Positions 50,038-58,910 of a stretch of 60,091 nucleotides of DNA are shown piece after piece (within the stretch, counting starts at the first letter, position 1; every line of letters starts with the position of its first letter). This DNA comes from Dongiaceae bacterium. GTDB taxonomy: Bacteria > Verrucomicrobiota > Verrucomicrobiia > Limisphaerales > JAFMIX01. The stretch lies in NCBI GenBank assembly GCA_035492855.1, contig DATJIU010000015.1:1-60091 (forward strand). Direction: 5' to 3'. The notes under the pieces were generated by a model that was not told the DNA's origin, did not search any database, and saw only the letters and a list, made by a program, of their open reading frames with translations. Both the position numbers and the translations under genes were made by a program.

Positions 50038-50733
50038 ATGATGAAAATTAGAAAAGCAAGTGAACGCGGACATGCGAGCCACGGCTGGCTCGACAGTTAT
50101 CACACCTTCAGTTTTGCGGATTACTACGATCCGCAATGGATGGGCTATCGCAGCCTGCGCGTGATCAACGACGATTTGATCATGCCGGGAGGCGGCTTTG
50201 GCACGCATCCCCATCGCGACATGGAGATCATCACCTACGTGTTGAGTGGCGAACTGGAGCACAAGGATTCCATGGGTAACGGCCGGGTCATCCGGCCCGG
50301 CGAGGTGCAATATATGAGCGCGGGCACGGGCATCCAGCATAGCGAGTTCAATCCCCGGGATGACGAGGCGTTGCACCTGCTCCAAATCTGGATCCAGCCG
50401 GAAAAGCGGGGGGTAACACCCCGGTACGCGGAGAAGTCGTTTCAAAACGTCCCGCGGGGCGACCTGCATCTGGTGACCAGCCGGGATGGGCGGAACGGTT
50501 CCATTTCCGTCCATCAGGATGCCGATCTCTGGCTGGCCCGGTTGGATCCCGGCCAGAAAGTCGCGCACAAATTACAGACCGGGCGTCATGCCTGGGTGCA
50601 TGTGGCCGAAGGCGAAGTGGAAATCAACGGCCAGGCGCTTTCTGGCGGTGATGCGGCAGAAGTGGAGGGGGACACCACGATTCAACTTGCGGCGCAAAAG
50701 CCGGCGCAAGTCCTGTTATTCGACCTGAACTGA
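50038..50733 (+). CDS. pirin-family protein
   Basis: GHASHGWLDSYHTFSFADYYDP, HPHRDMEIITYVL, and SAGTGIQHSEFN cupin motifs. Confidence 0.9.
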   Translation: MMKIRKASERGHASHGWLDSYHTFSFADYYDPQWMGYRSLRVINDDLIMPGGGFGTHPHRDMEIITYVLSGELEHKDSMGNGRVIRPGEVQYMSAGTGIQHSEFNPRDDEALHLLQIWIQPEKRGVTPRYAEKSFQNVPRGDLHLVTSRDGRNGSISVHQDADLWLARLDPGQKVAHKLQTGRHAWVHVAEGEVEINGQALSGGDAAEVEGDTTIQLAAQKPAQVLLFDLN

Positions 50734-50762
50734 CAAACCAAAATCAAATTACAAATAAAATT

Positions 50763-51413
50763 ATGAGTGCCATCAACGGACAACAACTCCTCGCCCAACT
50801 GAACTGGCGTTACGCCACCAAACAGTTTGACCCGCAACGCAAGATCAGCCCGGCCGACTGGGCGGTGCTGGAAGAGGCCTTACGGCTTTCGCCTTCCAGC
50901 GCCGGTTTGCAGCCGTGGAAGTTTATCGTGGTCACGGATCCAGCCATCCGCGCCCGGCTGACGCCGGTTTCGTATGGCCAGGCCCAAATTGAAGCGGCTT
51001 CCCACCTGGTGGTAATCGCCGCCAAAACCAACTTTGGCGAAGCGGATGTGGATGCCCACGTACGGCGGGTTGCGGAAGTCCAGGGGACGCCGGTGGAAAA
51101 GCTCGCACCGCTACGCAACATGATGGTGGGCGGAATCGTGCAAGCGCAGGATGTACCGGCCCGGAATGCCTGGGCGCGCAATCAGGCGTACATTGCGCTG
51201 GGCAATCTCCTCGCGAGCGCGGCGCTGTTGGGCATTGATGCCTGTCCCATGGAAGGCTTCGACCGCAATCAGTACGATGCCATCCTCGGCTTGAAAGAGC
51301 AGGGTTATGTCAGCGCTGTGATTGCCACGCTGGGCTACCGCCTGGCTAACGACAAATACGCGACCGCACCCAAGGTCCGGTTTCCCAAGGAACAAGTATT
51401 TGCCCGGATTTGA
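50763..51413 (+). CDS. nitroreductase-family NAD(P)H oxidoreductase
   Basis: NWRYATKQFD, PSSAGLQPWKF, and IDACPMEGFD motifs. Confidence 0.85.
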   Translation: MSAINGQQLLAQLNWRYATKQFDPQRKISPADWAVLEEALRLSPSSAGLQPWKFIVVTDPAIRARLTPVSYGQAQIEAASHLVVIAAKTNFGEADVDAHVRRVAEVQGTPVEKLAPLRNMMVGGIVQAQDVPARNAWARNQAYIALGNLLASAALLGIDACPMEGFDRNQYDAILGLKEQGYVSAVIATLGYRLANDKYATAPKVRFPKEQVFARI

Positions 51414-51421
51414 GGCCTGGT

Positions 51422-51676
51422 ATGAAACGCGTATTGAAACTTCTGGCAGCGTTGGTGCTGGTTGCGAGTGTTGTTGTCTGGCTCGCAACTGGCGCCAATC
51501 GGGGCTGGACCAAGACCAGCGTGGCCATCAAAACGCTGGATGACGTCACCGGCATCGAAGGCATCACTTACCAGAAGAAATTCATCCCCGGCGTTGATTT
51601 CCTCGGGGCTGCCGGTCTGGCTGCATTGCTCCTCGCCGGGACTTCTTTACTTTTTTCGCAACCCCAAAAAACATAA
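51422..51676 (+). CDS. small two-TM membrane protein
   Basis: MKRVLKLLAALVLVASVVVWLA... and ...FLGAAGLAALLLAGTSLLF. No family recognised. Sits between the nitroreductase and YceI genes. Confidence 0.5.
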   Translation: MKRVLKLLAALVLVASVVVWLATGANRGWTKTSVAIKTLDDVTGIEGITYQKKFIPGVDFLGAAGLAALLLAGTSLLFSQPQKT

Positions 51677-51695
51677 TCGAACAAAACCAAAATCT

Positions 51696-52301
51696 ATGAA
51701 ACTAACCGCATTAATTCTCCTGGCCGGCATTGCCACCGCAGTGCAGGCTGCCCCGCAAAACTTCGACTTCAAGGACCCCAAAGGCGTGAACAACGCCGGC
51801 TTCAAGCTCGACGCGCCGCTGGAATCCATCAACGGTAGTGCCAGTGGCATCAGTGGCACTGTGAGCTTCGATCCGGAGAACCCGGCAGTCACTACCGGCA
51901 AGATTGTCGTGGCCAGCGCTTCGCTGACCGTGCCTAATTCCATGCAGCAGGAACACCTGCATAGTGACAAATGGCTGGATGTCGCCAAATATCCGGAAAT
52001 CACCTTTGAAGCCAGGGAGCTGAAGAACGTCAAGACCGAGGCCAATACCACCACAGCCGACGTCTCCGGGGTCTTCACGCTCAAAGGCGTTTCCAAGGAC
52101 ATCACCGTTCCGGTCAAGTTTACCTACTTGAAAGACAAACTTAGCGCCCGGGTGCCGAATCTTAAGGGCGACCTGCTGGTCATCCGGGCGAATTTCACGA
52201 TTAACCGCAACGACTTCAACATCCAGAAGGGACAATTTGAAGACAAGGTTTCCGACACTATTGACCTGTCGCTGAGTATTGCCGGCGCTGCGGCGAGATA
52301 A
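51696..52301 (+). CDS. YceI-family periplasmic protein
   Basis: Signal peptide MKLTALILLAGIATAVQA, with FDAKYPEITFE-like (DVAKYPEITFEA) and GVFTLKGVSKDITVPV motifs. Confidence 0.85.
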   Translation: MKLTALILLAGIATAVQAAPQNFDFKDPKGVNNAGFKLDAPLESINGSASGISGTVSFDPENPAVTTGKIVVASASLTVPNSMQQEHLHSDKWLDVAKYPEITFEARELKNVKTEANTTTADVSGVFTLKGVSKDITVPVKFTYLKDKLSARVPNLKGDLLVIRANFTINRNDFNIQKGQFEDKVSDTIDLSLSIAGAAAR

Positions 52302-52334
52302 TTCCCGCTTCAAAAGGGTTCCGACCTCCTCCAG

Positions 52335-52376
52335 CTCCGGCGGTGTTGCCCGTAAGAACACCGCCGGAGTTTTTTA
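52335..52376 (+). terminator. rho-independent terminator after the pirin-nitroreductase-YceI operon
   Basis: 13-bp stem CTCCGGCGGTGTT / AACACCGCCGGAG with a 9-nt loop, followed by TTTTTT. Confidence 0.75.
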
Positions 52377-52404
52377 TTTGGCCATCTGGTGGACGGACAC
52401 ACTC

Positions 52405-52446
52405 ACCCATTTCGGTGATTGAGCAATGACCGGCTTTGGGGATGGA
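52405..52446 (+). promoter_or_regulatory. conserved non-coding block, copy 1 (ACCCATTTCGGTGAT-N13-GCTTTGGGGATGGA)
   Basis: 34 of 42 positions are identical, with identical spacing, to 57812-57853. Lies about 105 nt upstream of the GH78 ATG at 52551. Confidence 0.5.
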
Positions 52447-52550
52447 TTCGCCGGCGGATTTTGGGCTAAACTGCTGGCTCTGAATTGAAACAAGGCCCGA
52501 AGTCGTGCGTTCGCCCAGAATGGTACGGCCCGGGCGCGGATTATTTACCA

Positions 52551-55500
52551 ATGATGTATCGCAATTTGAGGTGCTGCCTGATGTTTTGGGTCGGCACCAT
52601 CGGAGGCAGTGCCCTGGCCGCCGTTCCCGTAGTAACCACCAATACCGTACCAGTGACCGCCGTGGATGTTGTGGGCAGCACGGTTCGGTTTGTGGCCGGG
52701 TTTAACAGTGACAGCCCGGTAACCTATCAATGGCGGAAAGACACTGGCAGCGGTCCGGTCAATATTCCCGGCGCCACCAATGTTGCGCTCACGCTTTCCA
52801 ACCTGCAACTGAACGATGCCGCCACGCCCGGATACAGCCTGTTGGCTTCCAATACCACAGGCACTACCGCCAGCACGGCCCGGGCGCTGACGGTAAATCC
52901 CGTACCGTCCGCCGAAGGAAACTTTCTCACGGCCCAGGCTGCGCAGACCGGCATGGGCAGCAGCGGCACCAATTTCATTCCTACCTGGGACGTGACGCCT
53001 GGCAGCCTGATTCACGGGTTGACGCCGAGCGCGGTGGGAACGGGTGATTTCAGCCAGTATGGGGCCGGTGGTGTGGCGGTGCTCACCGATGGTTCAATTG
53101 GGCAGTTCAATTACATCCCCAACGTGGGCGGTAGTAGCACCGAAGTTACCTGTGGTACTTCCGGCGGCAAATCGGTCACATATACCTTGCCCGCCAATCC
53201 CAGCGGTTATGACCTGACAAACATTGTTGTCTATGGCGGCTGGGGCGATGGTGGTCGAGACCAGCAAGCGTACACCATCTATTATTCCACCGTGGCCGCG
53301 CCTGCCACGTTCGTGGCGCTGAAAAGCGTCAGCTTCAATCCCTCCGATCCTGCCGGCGCGCAATCTGCCACCCGGGTAACCCTGAGTCCGGCTTCGCTGA
53401 CGCCGCTCGTGCGCAACGTGGCAGCGGTGCGGTTTGATTTTACCAGCCCTGCCCCTGAGAATGGTTACTGCGGCTATTCTGAAATTGATCTGTACGGCAA
53501 ATCCACGGGACAGCCGCCGGTGGCAAATCTTCCGGTGGCGTCGGTGCCTTCACCTGTTTCGGCTGGCACGACGGTCACGCTGTCTGAAACGGCGAATGGC
53601 CAGCCACCATTCCAATATCAATGGCAATCGGATAGTGGCAGCGGCGGGGCGTATTACAATGACCTCCCGGATGCTACCAATTCCAGCTATGCGTTGGACA
53701 CCACGGACTACGGAAACTTTGCCATCCATTACCGGGTGCAGGTTGCCGATCAAAATGGCGTGGCGTTCAGTCCGGCCTTGTTGGTAACCGTCACCAATTC
53801 CAGTTCCACCAATTCCGCCATGACGGTGGGGAACTTGCGCTGCGAGCATTTGACGGATCCGTTGGGACTGGATGTGCGTCAGCCCCGGCTGAGCTGGCAA
53901 CTGCAGGCTACGCACCGGGGAGTGCGGCAGATCGCTTATCAGATTTTGGTGGCGTCGTCCTCCGACAAACTGGCGCTGGAACAGGGCGATTTGTGGGACA
54001 GCGGGACGATTGTCTCGGATGATTCGGTGCTGGTGAGTTATCGGGGCACAGCGCTAACTTCGGGAGAACATTGTTACTGGAAAGTGCGGGTTTGGGATGA
54101 GAATGCAAATGTCTCCGCCTGGAGTCCGGTAGGGATGTGGAGTCTGGGCCTGTTGAATCCGTCCGATTGGACTGCGCAATGGATTGGCATGCCTACCAAT
54201 ACCGGCATCAGCCCGGCGCCGCCCAGCCCGATGTTGCGGAAAGCCTTTACGGTGAGCAAACCCGTGGCTCGCGCCACGGCCTATATCTGCGGGTTGGGAT
54301 ATTATGAGCTGCAACTCAACGGCAACAAGGTGGGCGATCATGTGCTGGATCCCACGTGGACGCGATATGACTACCAGGCGGACTATGTGACGTATGACGT
54401 AACGACTAATCTGGCTCAGGGTGCGAATGCCTTGGGCGTGCAGCTCGCCAACGCCTTTTACAACCAGTGGTCCAGCGATGCTTGGAACACTTCCACGGCG
54501 CCGTGGCGGGCCTTGCCGCAATTGCTGCTGCAACTGGACATTGAATACACCGATGGCACCCATGATGTAGTGGTGAGCGATCCGACTTGGAAAACTGCCA
54601 CCGGTCCGTTGCGGTTGGATGCCACCCGCCTGGGCGAAGTCTATGATGCCCGCCTGGAAAAGCCGGGCTGGTCCACGGCGGCTTACAGTGATTCCTCGTG
54701 GTCCAATGCCATTGTGCGGGAAGGCGTGGCCGGGCCATTGATTGCACCGGACGCCGAACCCATCACCGTTGCGCGGACGGTTCATCCGGTGCGCATTATT
54801 CCGGTGACGGGTTCGCCGGGCGTATACACTTTTGACTTTGGCGAAAATCTGGTGGGCTGGGGGCAGTTGAATGTCACCGGGGCAGCCGGCACTACGGTCA
54901 AAATGATCTACGGGGAAAAAACCAACAGCAACGGTTCCGTGGACCAGGGCAATATCAATGTGTATGTTTCGCAGAAGCAATACTTCCAAACGGATACTTA
55001 CACGTTGAAAGGCGGCGGCCCGGAAACTTGGGAGCCGCGTTTTACCTATCACGGTTTCCAATATGCCCAAGTATCAGGGTTGCCCGCGGCACCGACAACC
55101 AATACTTTGGTCGCGCGCGTGGTGCATACCGCTTTTGACCCCGCAGGCAGTTTTCTGTGCTCGAGTGACCTGTTGAATCGTATCGAGACCAACACCCTCC
55201 GGTCGTATTTGGGCAACTTTGTGGGGATTCCCACCGACTGCCCGCATCGGGAGAAGAACGGCTGGACCGGCGACGCCCAATTGGCTTGCGAGATCGGGCT
55301 CACGCATTTCCACAGCGCAGCGGCGTATACGCGCTGGTTGCGGGAATTCCGCCCGGCACAACAATCCAACGGCCTGCTGTCTGGTATTTTCCCGAACGCC
55401 GTCTGGGGTTATGGCGAAGGGCCGGCCTGGGAATCGGCCTACCTGCTCATCCCGTGGTTTGTGTATCAGCACTGTGGGGATGAGGGCATCCTGACCAATA

Positions 55501-57752
55501 ATTACGCAGGTATGAAAGCCTATGTGGATTATTGCACCAGCGTTGCCTCGGGGAACATTGTTTCGTATGGGCTCGGCGATTGGGAGCCGGCGGGAACAGT
55601 GACGCCCACGGAGGTCACCGATACCGGATATTATTACCAGGACGCGCTCATCCTGGCGCACACCGCGGCATTGATGGGCAATGCCGCCGAGGCGCAGCAG
55701 TACCGGGATTTGGCGGCCCAAATCAAAACTTCGTTCAACAATGCCTTCTATGACGCCGACACCGGCCGGTACTCGGGCGGGGCGCAGACGGCGCAATCGT
55801 GTGCGCTCTATGAGGGCCTGGTCAGTTCCAATCAAATTCCCACGGCGGCGCGGGAGCTCGCCGCCAGCGTGGCGCAAACCGGCAACACGATTGACACGGG
55901 GATTCTGGGCTCGAAGTTCATTCTTCGGGCGTTGTGCGACAACGGACATGCCGACACCGCCCTCGCACTGGCTTTGCAGACCAACTACCCGAGTTGGGGT
56001 AACCAGATTGTCAAAGGCGCCACCACGCTCTGGGAAACCTGGAGCGGGGCAGGGAGCCAGGATTCGCTGAATCACGTCATGTTTGGTGACATCTCGGCCT
56101 GGTTCATGGAATACCTCGCTGGCATCCGCCCCGGTGCTCCCGGATACAAGACGATCCTGATCAAACCGGAAATGGTCAATGGTCTCGATTGGGCGCAAGG
56201 CACCCACGATTCGCCTTATGGGGTCATCACCACGGCTTGGCAGCTTTCGGGACAGCAGGCGCAACTGAACGTAACCATTCCGCCCGGAACAACAGGTAAG
56301 ATTTACCTGCCCACCATGGGTAATAGCGGCACCAATCTGGTCGTCCGTGAATCGGGCAACGTCATCTGGCAGAACGGGACGACTTCTGGGGCGGATTCCG
56401 GGGTGCAATTCGATCACGTGGAGGGAACCGCTCCACAAACGTATTCAGTATGGACGGTGACATCCGGCAGCTATGTATTTTCCTGGAATGTTTTCCCGTA
56501 TCCGAATGGACTGGCCGCTACATCAGGCAATCAATGGGTTGGCCTGAATTGGAATGAGGTGCCCGGGGCCATCGGTTACAATGTGAAGCGGGCCAGTTCA
56601 TCGAACGGCAACTTCACCACGCTCGTTGGCGGTTTGAATGTGACCCATTACAACGACGCCCCCTTGAGCAACGGGGTGACGTGGTATTACGTGGTCTCGG
56701 CGATCTTTCCCGGCCAGGAGAGCGCCGATTCAGCGGCGGTGAGCGCCACCCCGGAAGCCATCCGTAATCCCGGTTTTGAGACGCCGCAAATTGGCTCCTA
56801 TATCTACACTCCGTCGGGCGCGGGTTGGACCTTTACGGGCGGCACGGACAATGGCTCCGGGATTACTGCCAACAACAGCGGGTTCACCTCCGGAAATCCT
56901 GCCGCGCCCGAAGGAAACCAGGTGGGATTTGTGCAGGCCTACGGCAGCATATCCCAAACCCTGTCCGGGTTTGTGCCTGGCACCAAATACACCATCACCT
57001 ACGCGGCCGCGCAGCGGGGCGGGGGCAACCAGCACGGCGGGGAGTCGTGGAATGTGACGCTGGACGGCACGATCATAGCCGCCAACAATCCCGGAGCCAG
57101 TGCCACGAGTTATTCCACCTACACGGCGCAGTTCACCGCCACGGCGGCAAACCACACTCTCGCGTTTGTGGGCACGGATTTGGTGGGTGGTGACAACACG
57201 GTCTTCCTGGATCGGGTGCAAATCTCCCCGGCCTTGTCGGTCGTACCGCCGACCGTGACGCTGACCTCACCAGCGGATGGTATCACTCTGGCGACGCCCG
57301 CGGCGATCAGTCTTGCCGCAAACGTGGCGAGTCAGGGCAACGTAATCAACGCCGTCCAGTTCTACGCCAGAACGAATACCTTGATTGCCACCGTTACCAA
57401 CGCGCCTTACTCCTATGCCTGGACCAATGTGGCGGCCGGCGCTTACGAAATATTTGCCCGGACCATCTTTAATGGGGGCAATGTGGCCGATTCCGCCAGC
57501 GCCAATGTGGTAGTTACCAATGTGCCGCCGCCACTCGTGGCTATCCAACCGGTGACGGCAAATGGCAGCTTCGTCATATCCGGTTCGGCGTTGCCCGGGC
57601 AGGAATTGGTGCTGCTCACCACCACGAATCTGCAGCCGCCGGTCATTTGGATTCCGGCAGCTTCGAATGCAGCGGATGGCGGAGGCACATTCGCCTTTAC
57701 CAATTTGACTGCCACCAATTTGCAGCAATTTTTCCAGATTACCGCGCCGTAA
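52551..57752 (+). CDS. giant secreted multidomain alpha-L-rhamnosidase (GH78)
   Basis: Signal peptide; two Ig-like modules (YQWRKDTGSG, YQWQSDSGSG) flank a jelly-roll module. GH78 N-terminal and catalytic regions (LRCEHLTDPLGLDVRQPRLSW, DLWDSG, CYWKVRVWD, TDCPHREKNGWTGD). Then FN3-like, CBM/DUF642-like (IRNPGFETPQ...VFLDRVQI) and Ig-like modules, and a C-terminal beta-sandwich tail ending QQFFQITAP. Confidence 0.85.
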   Translation: MMYRNLRCCLMFWVGTIGGSALAAVPVVTTNTVPVTAVDVVGSTVRFVAGFNSDSPVTYQWRKDTGSGPVNIPGATNVALTLSNLQLNDAATPGYSLLASNTTGTTASTARALTVNPVPSAEGNFLTAQAAQTGMGSSGTNFIPTWDVTPGSLIHGLTPSAVGTGDFSQYGAGGVAVLTDGSIGQFNYIPNVGGSSTEVTCGTSGGKSVTYTLPANPSGYDLTNIVVYGGWGDGGRDQQAYTIYYSTVAAPATFVALKSVSFNPSDPAGAQSATRVTLSPASLTPLVRNVAAVRFDFTSPAPENGYCGYSEIDLYGKSTGQPPVANLPVASVPSPVSAGTTVTLSETANGQPPFQYQWQSDSGSGGAYYNDLPDATNSSYALDTTDYGNFAIHYRVQVADQNGVAFSPALLVTVTNSSSTNSAMTVGNLRCEHLTDPLGLDVRQPRLSWQLQATHRGVRQIAYQILVASSSDKLALEQGDLWDSGTIVSDDSVLVSYRGTALTSGEHCYWKVRVWDENANVSAWSPVGMWSLGLLNPSDWTAQWIGMPTNTGISPAPPSPMLRKAFTVSKPVARATAYICGLGYYELQLNGNKVGDHVLDPTWTRYDYQADYVTYDVTTNLAQGANALGVQLANAFYNQWSSDAWNTSTAPWRALPQLLLQLDIEYTDGTHDVVVSDPTWKTATGPLRLDATRLGEVYDARLEKPGWSTAAYSDSSWSNAIVREGVAGPLIAPDAEPITVARTVHPVRIIPVTGSPGVYTFDFGENLVGWGQLNVTGAAGTTVKMIYGEKTNSNGSVDQGNINVYVSQKQYFQTDTYTLKGGGPETWEPRFTYHGFQYAQVSGLPAAPTTNTLVARVVHTAFDPAGSFLCSSDLLNRIETNTLRSYLGNFVGIPTDCPHREKNGWTGDAQLACEIGLTHFHSAAAYTRWLREFRPAQQSNGLLSGIFPNAVWGYGEGPAWESAYLLIPWFVYQHCGDEGILTNNYAGMKAYVDYCTSVASGNIVSYGLGDWEPAGTVTPTEVTDTGYYYQDALILAHTAALMGNAAEAQQYRDLAAQIKTSFNNAFYDADTGRYSGGAQTAQSCALYEGLVSSNQIPTAARELAASVAQTGNTIDTGILGSKFILRALCDNGHADTALALALQTNYPSWGNQIVKGATTLWETWSGAGSQDSLNHVMFGDISAWFMEYLAGIRPGAPGYKTILIKPEMVNGLDWAQGTHDSPYGVITTAWQLSGQQAQLNVTIPPGTTGKIYLPTMGNSGTNLVVRESGNVIWQNGTTSGADSGVQFDHVEGTAPQTYSVWTVTSGSYVFSWNVFPYPNGLAATSGNQWVGLNWNEVPGAIGYNVKRASSSNGNFTTLVGGLNVTHYNDAPLSNGVTWYYVVSAIFPGQESADSAAVSATPEAIRNPGFETPQIGSYIYTPSGAGWTFTGGTDNGSGITANNSGFTSGNPAAPEGNQVGFVQAYGSISQTLSGFVPGTKYTITYAAAQRGGGNQHGGESWNVTLDGTIIAANNPGASATSYSTYTAQFTATAANHTLAFVGTDLVGGDNTVFLDRVQISPALSVVPPTVTLTSPADGITLATPAAISLAANVASQGNVINAVQFYARTNTLIATVTNAPYSYAWTNVAAGAYEIFARTIFNGGNVADSASANVVVTNVPPPLVAIQPVTANGSFVISGSALPGQELVLLTTTNLQPPVIWIPAASNAADGGGTFAFTNLTATNLQQFFQITAP

Positions 57753-57811
57753 CTGGCGCTTTGGGCTTCTGCCGCTTATGCATCGTCGGCTGGTTGATAC
57801 AACAAACCACT

Positions 57812-57853
57812 ACCCATTTAGGTGATACGGCAGATACCTGCTTTGGGGATGGA
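57812..57853 (+). promoter_or_regulatory. conserved non-coding block, copy 2 (ACCCATTTAGGTGAT-N13-GCTTTGGGGATGGA)
   Basis: Second copy of the 52405-52446 block, 60 nt after the GH78 stop and about 245 nt upstream of the LuxR-regulator ATG at 58098. Confidence 0.5.
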
Positions 57854-58097
57854 CGCCGGGGCGCGAATTCAACTAATGTTCCAAATTCTCAACGCCACGC
57901 ATACTTCGAAAAATTGTCCCGAACCGGCCCCGGCGAACCTTCCGGCGCTAATGGCGACTTTTGCAGTTGCAAATGGCGTGTCGGCACGAAAAACTTCCCG
58001 CCATGGCCAACGCACTGTGGCAAACCGGCCGGGACTTGATTTGTCTGCTTCCGGCGAAACATGGTTTCCGCCGCAACCAGGCCGGCAGATACCAGAC

Positions 58098-58808
58098 ATG
58101 ACGTCATCCAGTTCCAAAACTTCCCGCAGCGCCGGCAGTTCCCCGGCGGCGGCCACCCGTGCCCCGCTCAAAGTCGTTCTTGTGGAGGACCAACCCAAAG
58201 TACGCGAGAGCTGGACCCGGCTGATCAATTCCTTCCCGGATTTCACATGCGTCAGTGCCTGCAGCACCGCGGAAGAAGCGTTGCGGGTAGTGCCGGAAAT
58301 TCAGCCGGACGTGGTGCTGATGGACATTTTCCTCCCGCGCATGTCGGGCATCGAATGTACTTCCCGCCTCAAGGAGATGCTGCCCCGGGCGCAAATTGTG
58401 ATTCTGACCGCCATGGACGATCAGGAACTGGTTTTTCTGGCGCTGGAAGCCGGGGCGGATGGTTATCTGCTCAAGCGCACCAAACCCGCTGATTTACGCA
58501 CCGCCTTGCTGGATGTGCTGGGCGGCGGCGCGCCCATGACCAGCCAGATCGCCCGGCGGGTGATCGAATCCTTCCGCCGCAAAGGCAAGGTGCGCGAGGC
58601 GGCGGTACGGCTTTCCGTGCGTGAGGAGCAAATCCTGGTGCTGCTGTCCCAGGGGTATTCCAACAAAATGATTGCCGACAAACTGGAACTGAGCGTGGAT
58701 ACGGTGTGCAGTCATTTGAAGCACGTTTTTGAAAAACTCCATGTCAACTCCCGCACCGAGGCGGTGGTGCGTTATATGGCTTCCAAAGCCGAGATGCAGA
58801 AATCATAA
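58098..58808 (+). CDS. NarL/FixJ (LuxR-type) response regulator
   Basis: Receiver (VVLVEDQ...VLMDIFLPRMSG...ILTAMDD...GYLLK) plus a LuxR HTH (LSVREEQILVLLSQGYSNKMIADKLELSVDTVCSHLKHVFEKL). The start is chosen at MTSSSSK; the upstream part of the ORF is uncertain. Confidence 0.85.
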   Translation: MTSSSSKTSRSAGSSPAAATRAPLKVVLVEDQPKVRESWTRLINSFPDFTCVSACSTAEEALRVVPEIQPDVVLMDIFLPRMSGIECTSRLKEMLPRAQIVILTAMDDQELVFLALEAGADGYLLKRTKPADLRTALLDVLGGGAPMTSQIARRVIESFRRKGKVREAAVRLSVREEQILVLLSQGYSNKMIADKLELSVDTVCSHLKHVFEKLHVNSRTEAVVRYMASKAEMQKS

Positions 58809-58910
58809 GCTGGCAGGTGAATCGGATGACCGGACAATTGCACCACCGGAATTGAATTTTTGAAAGCGGCCGGGCGTCGGTTTACCGCCAGCCGAATCGT
58901 TTACGTAATT

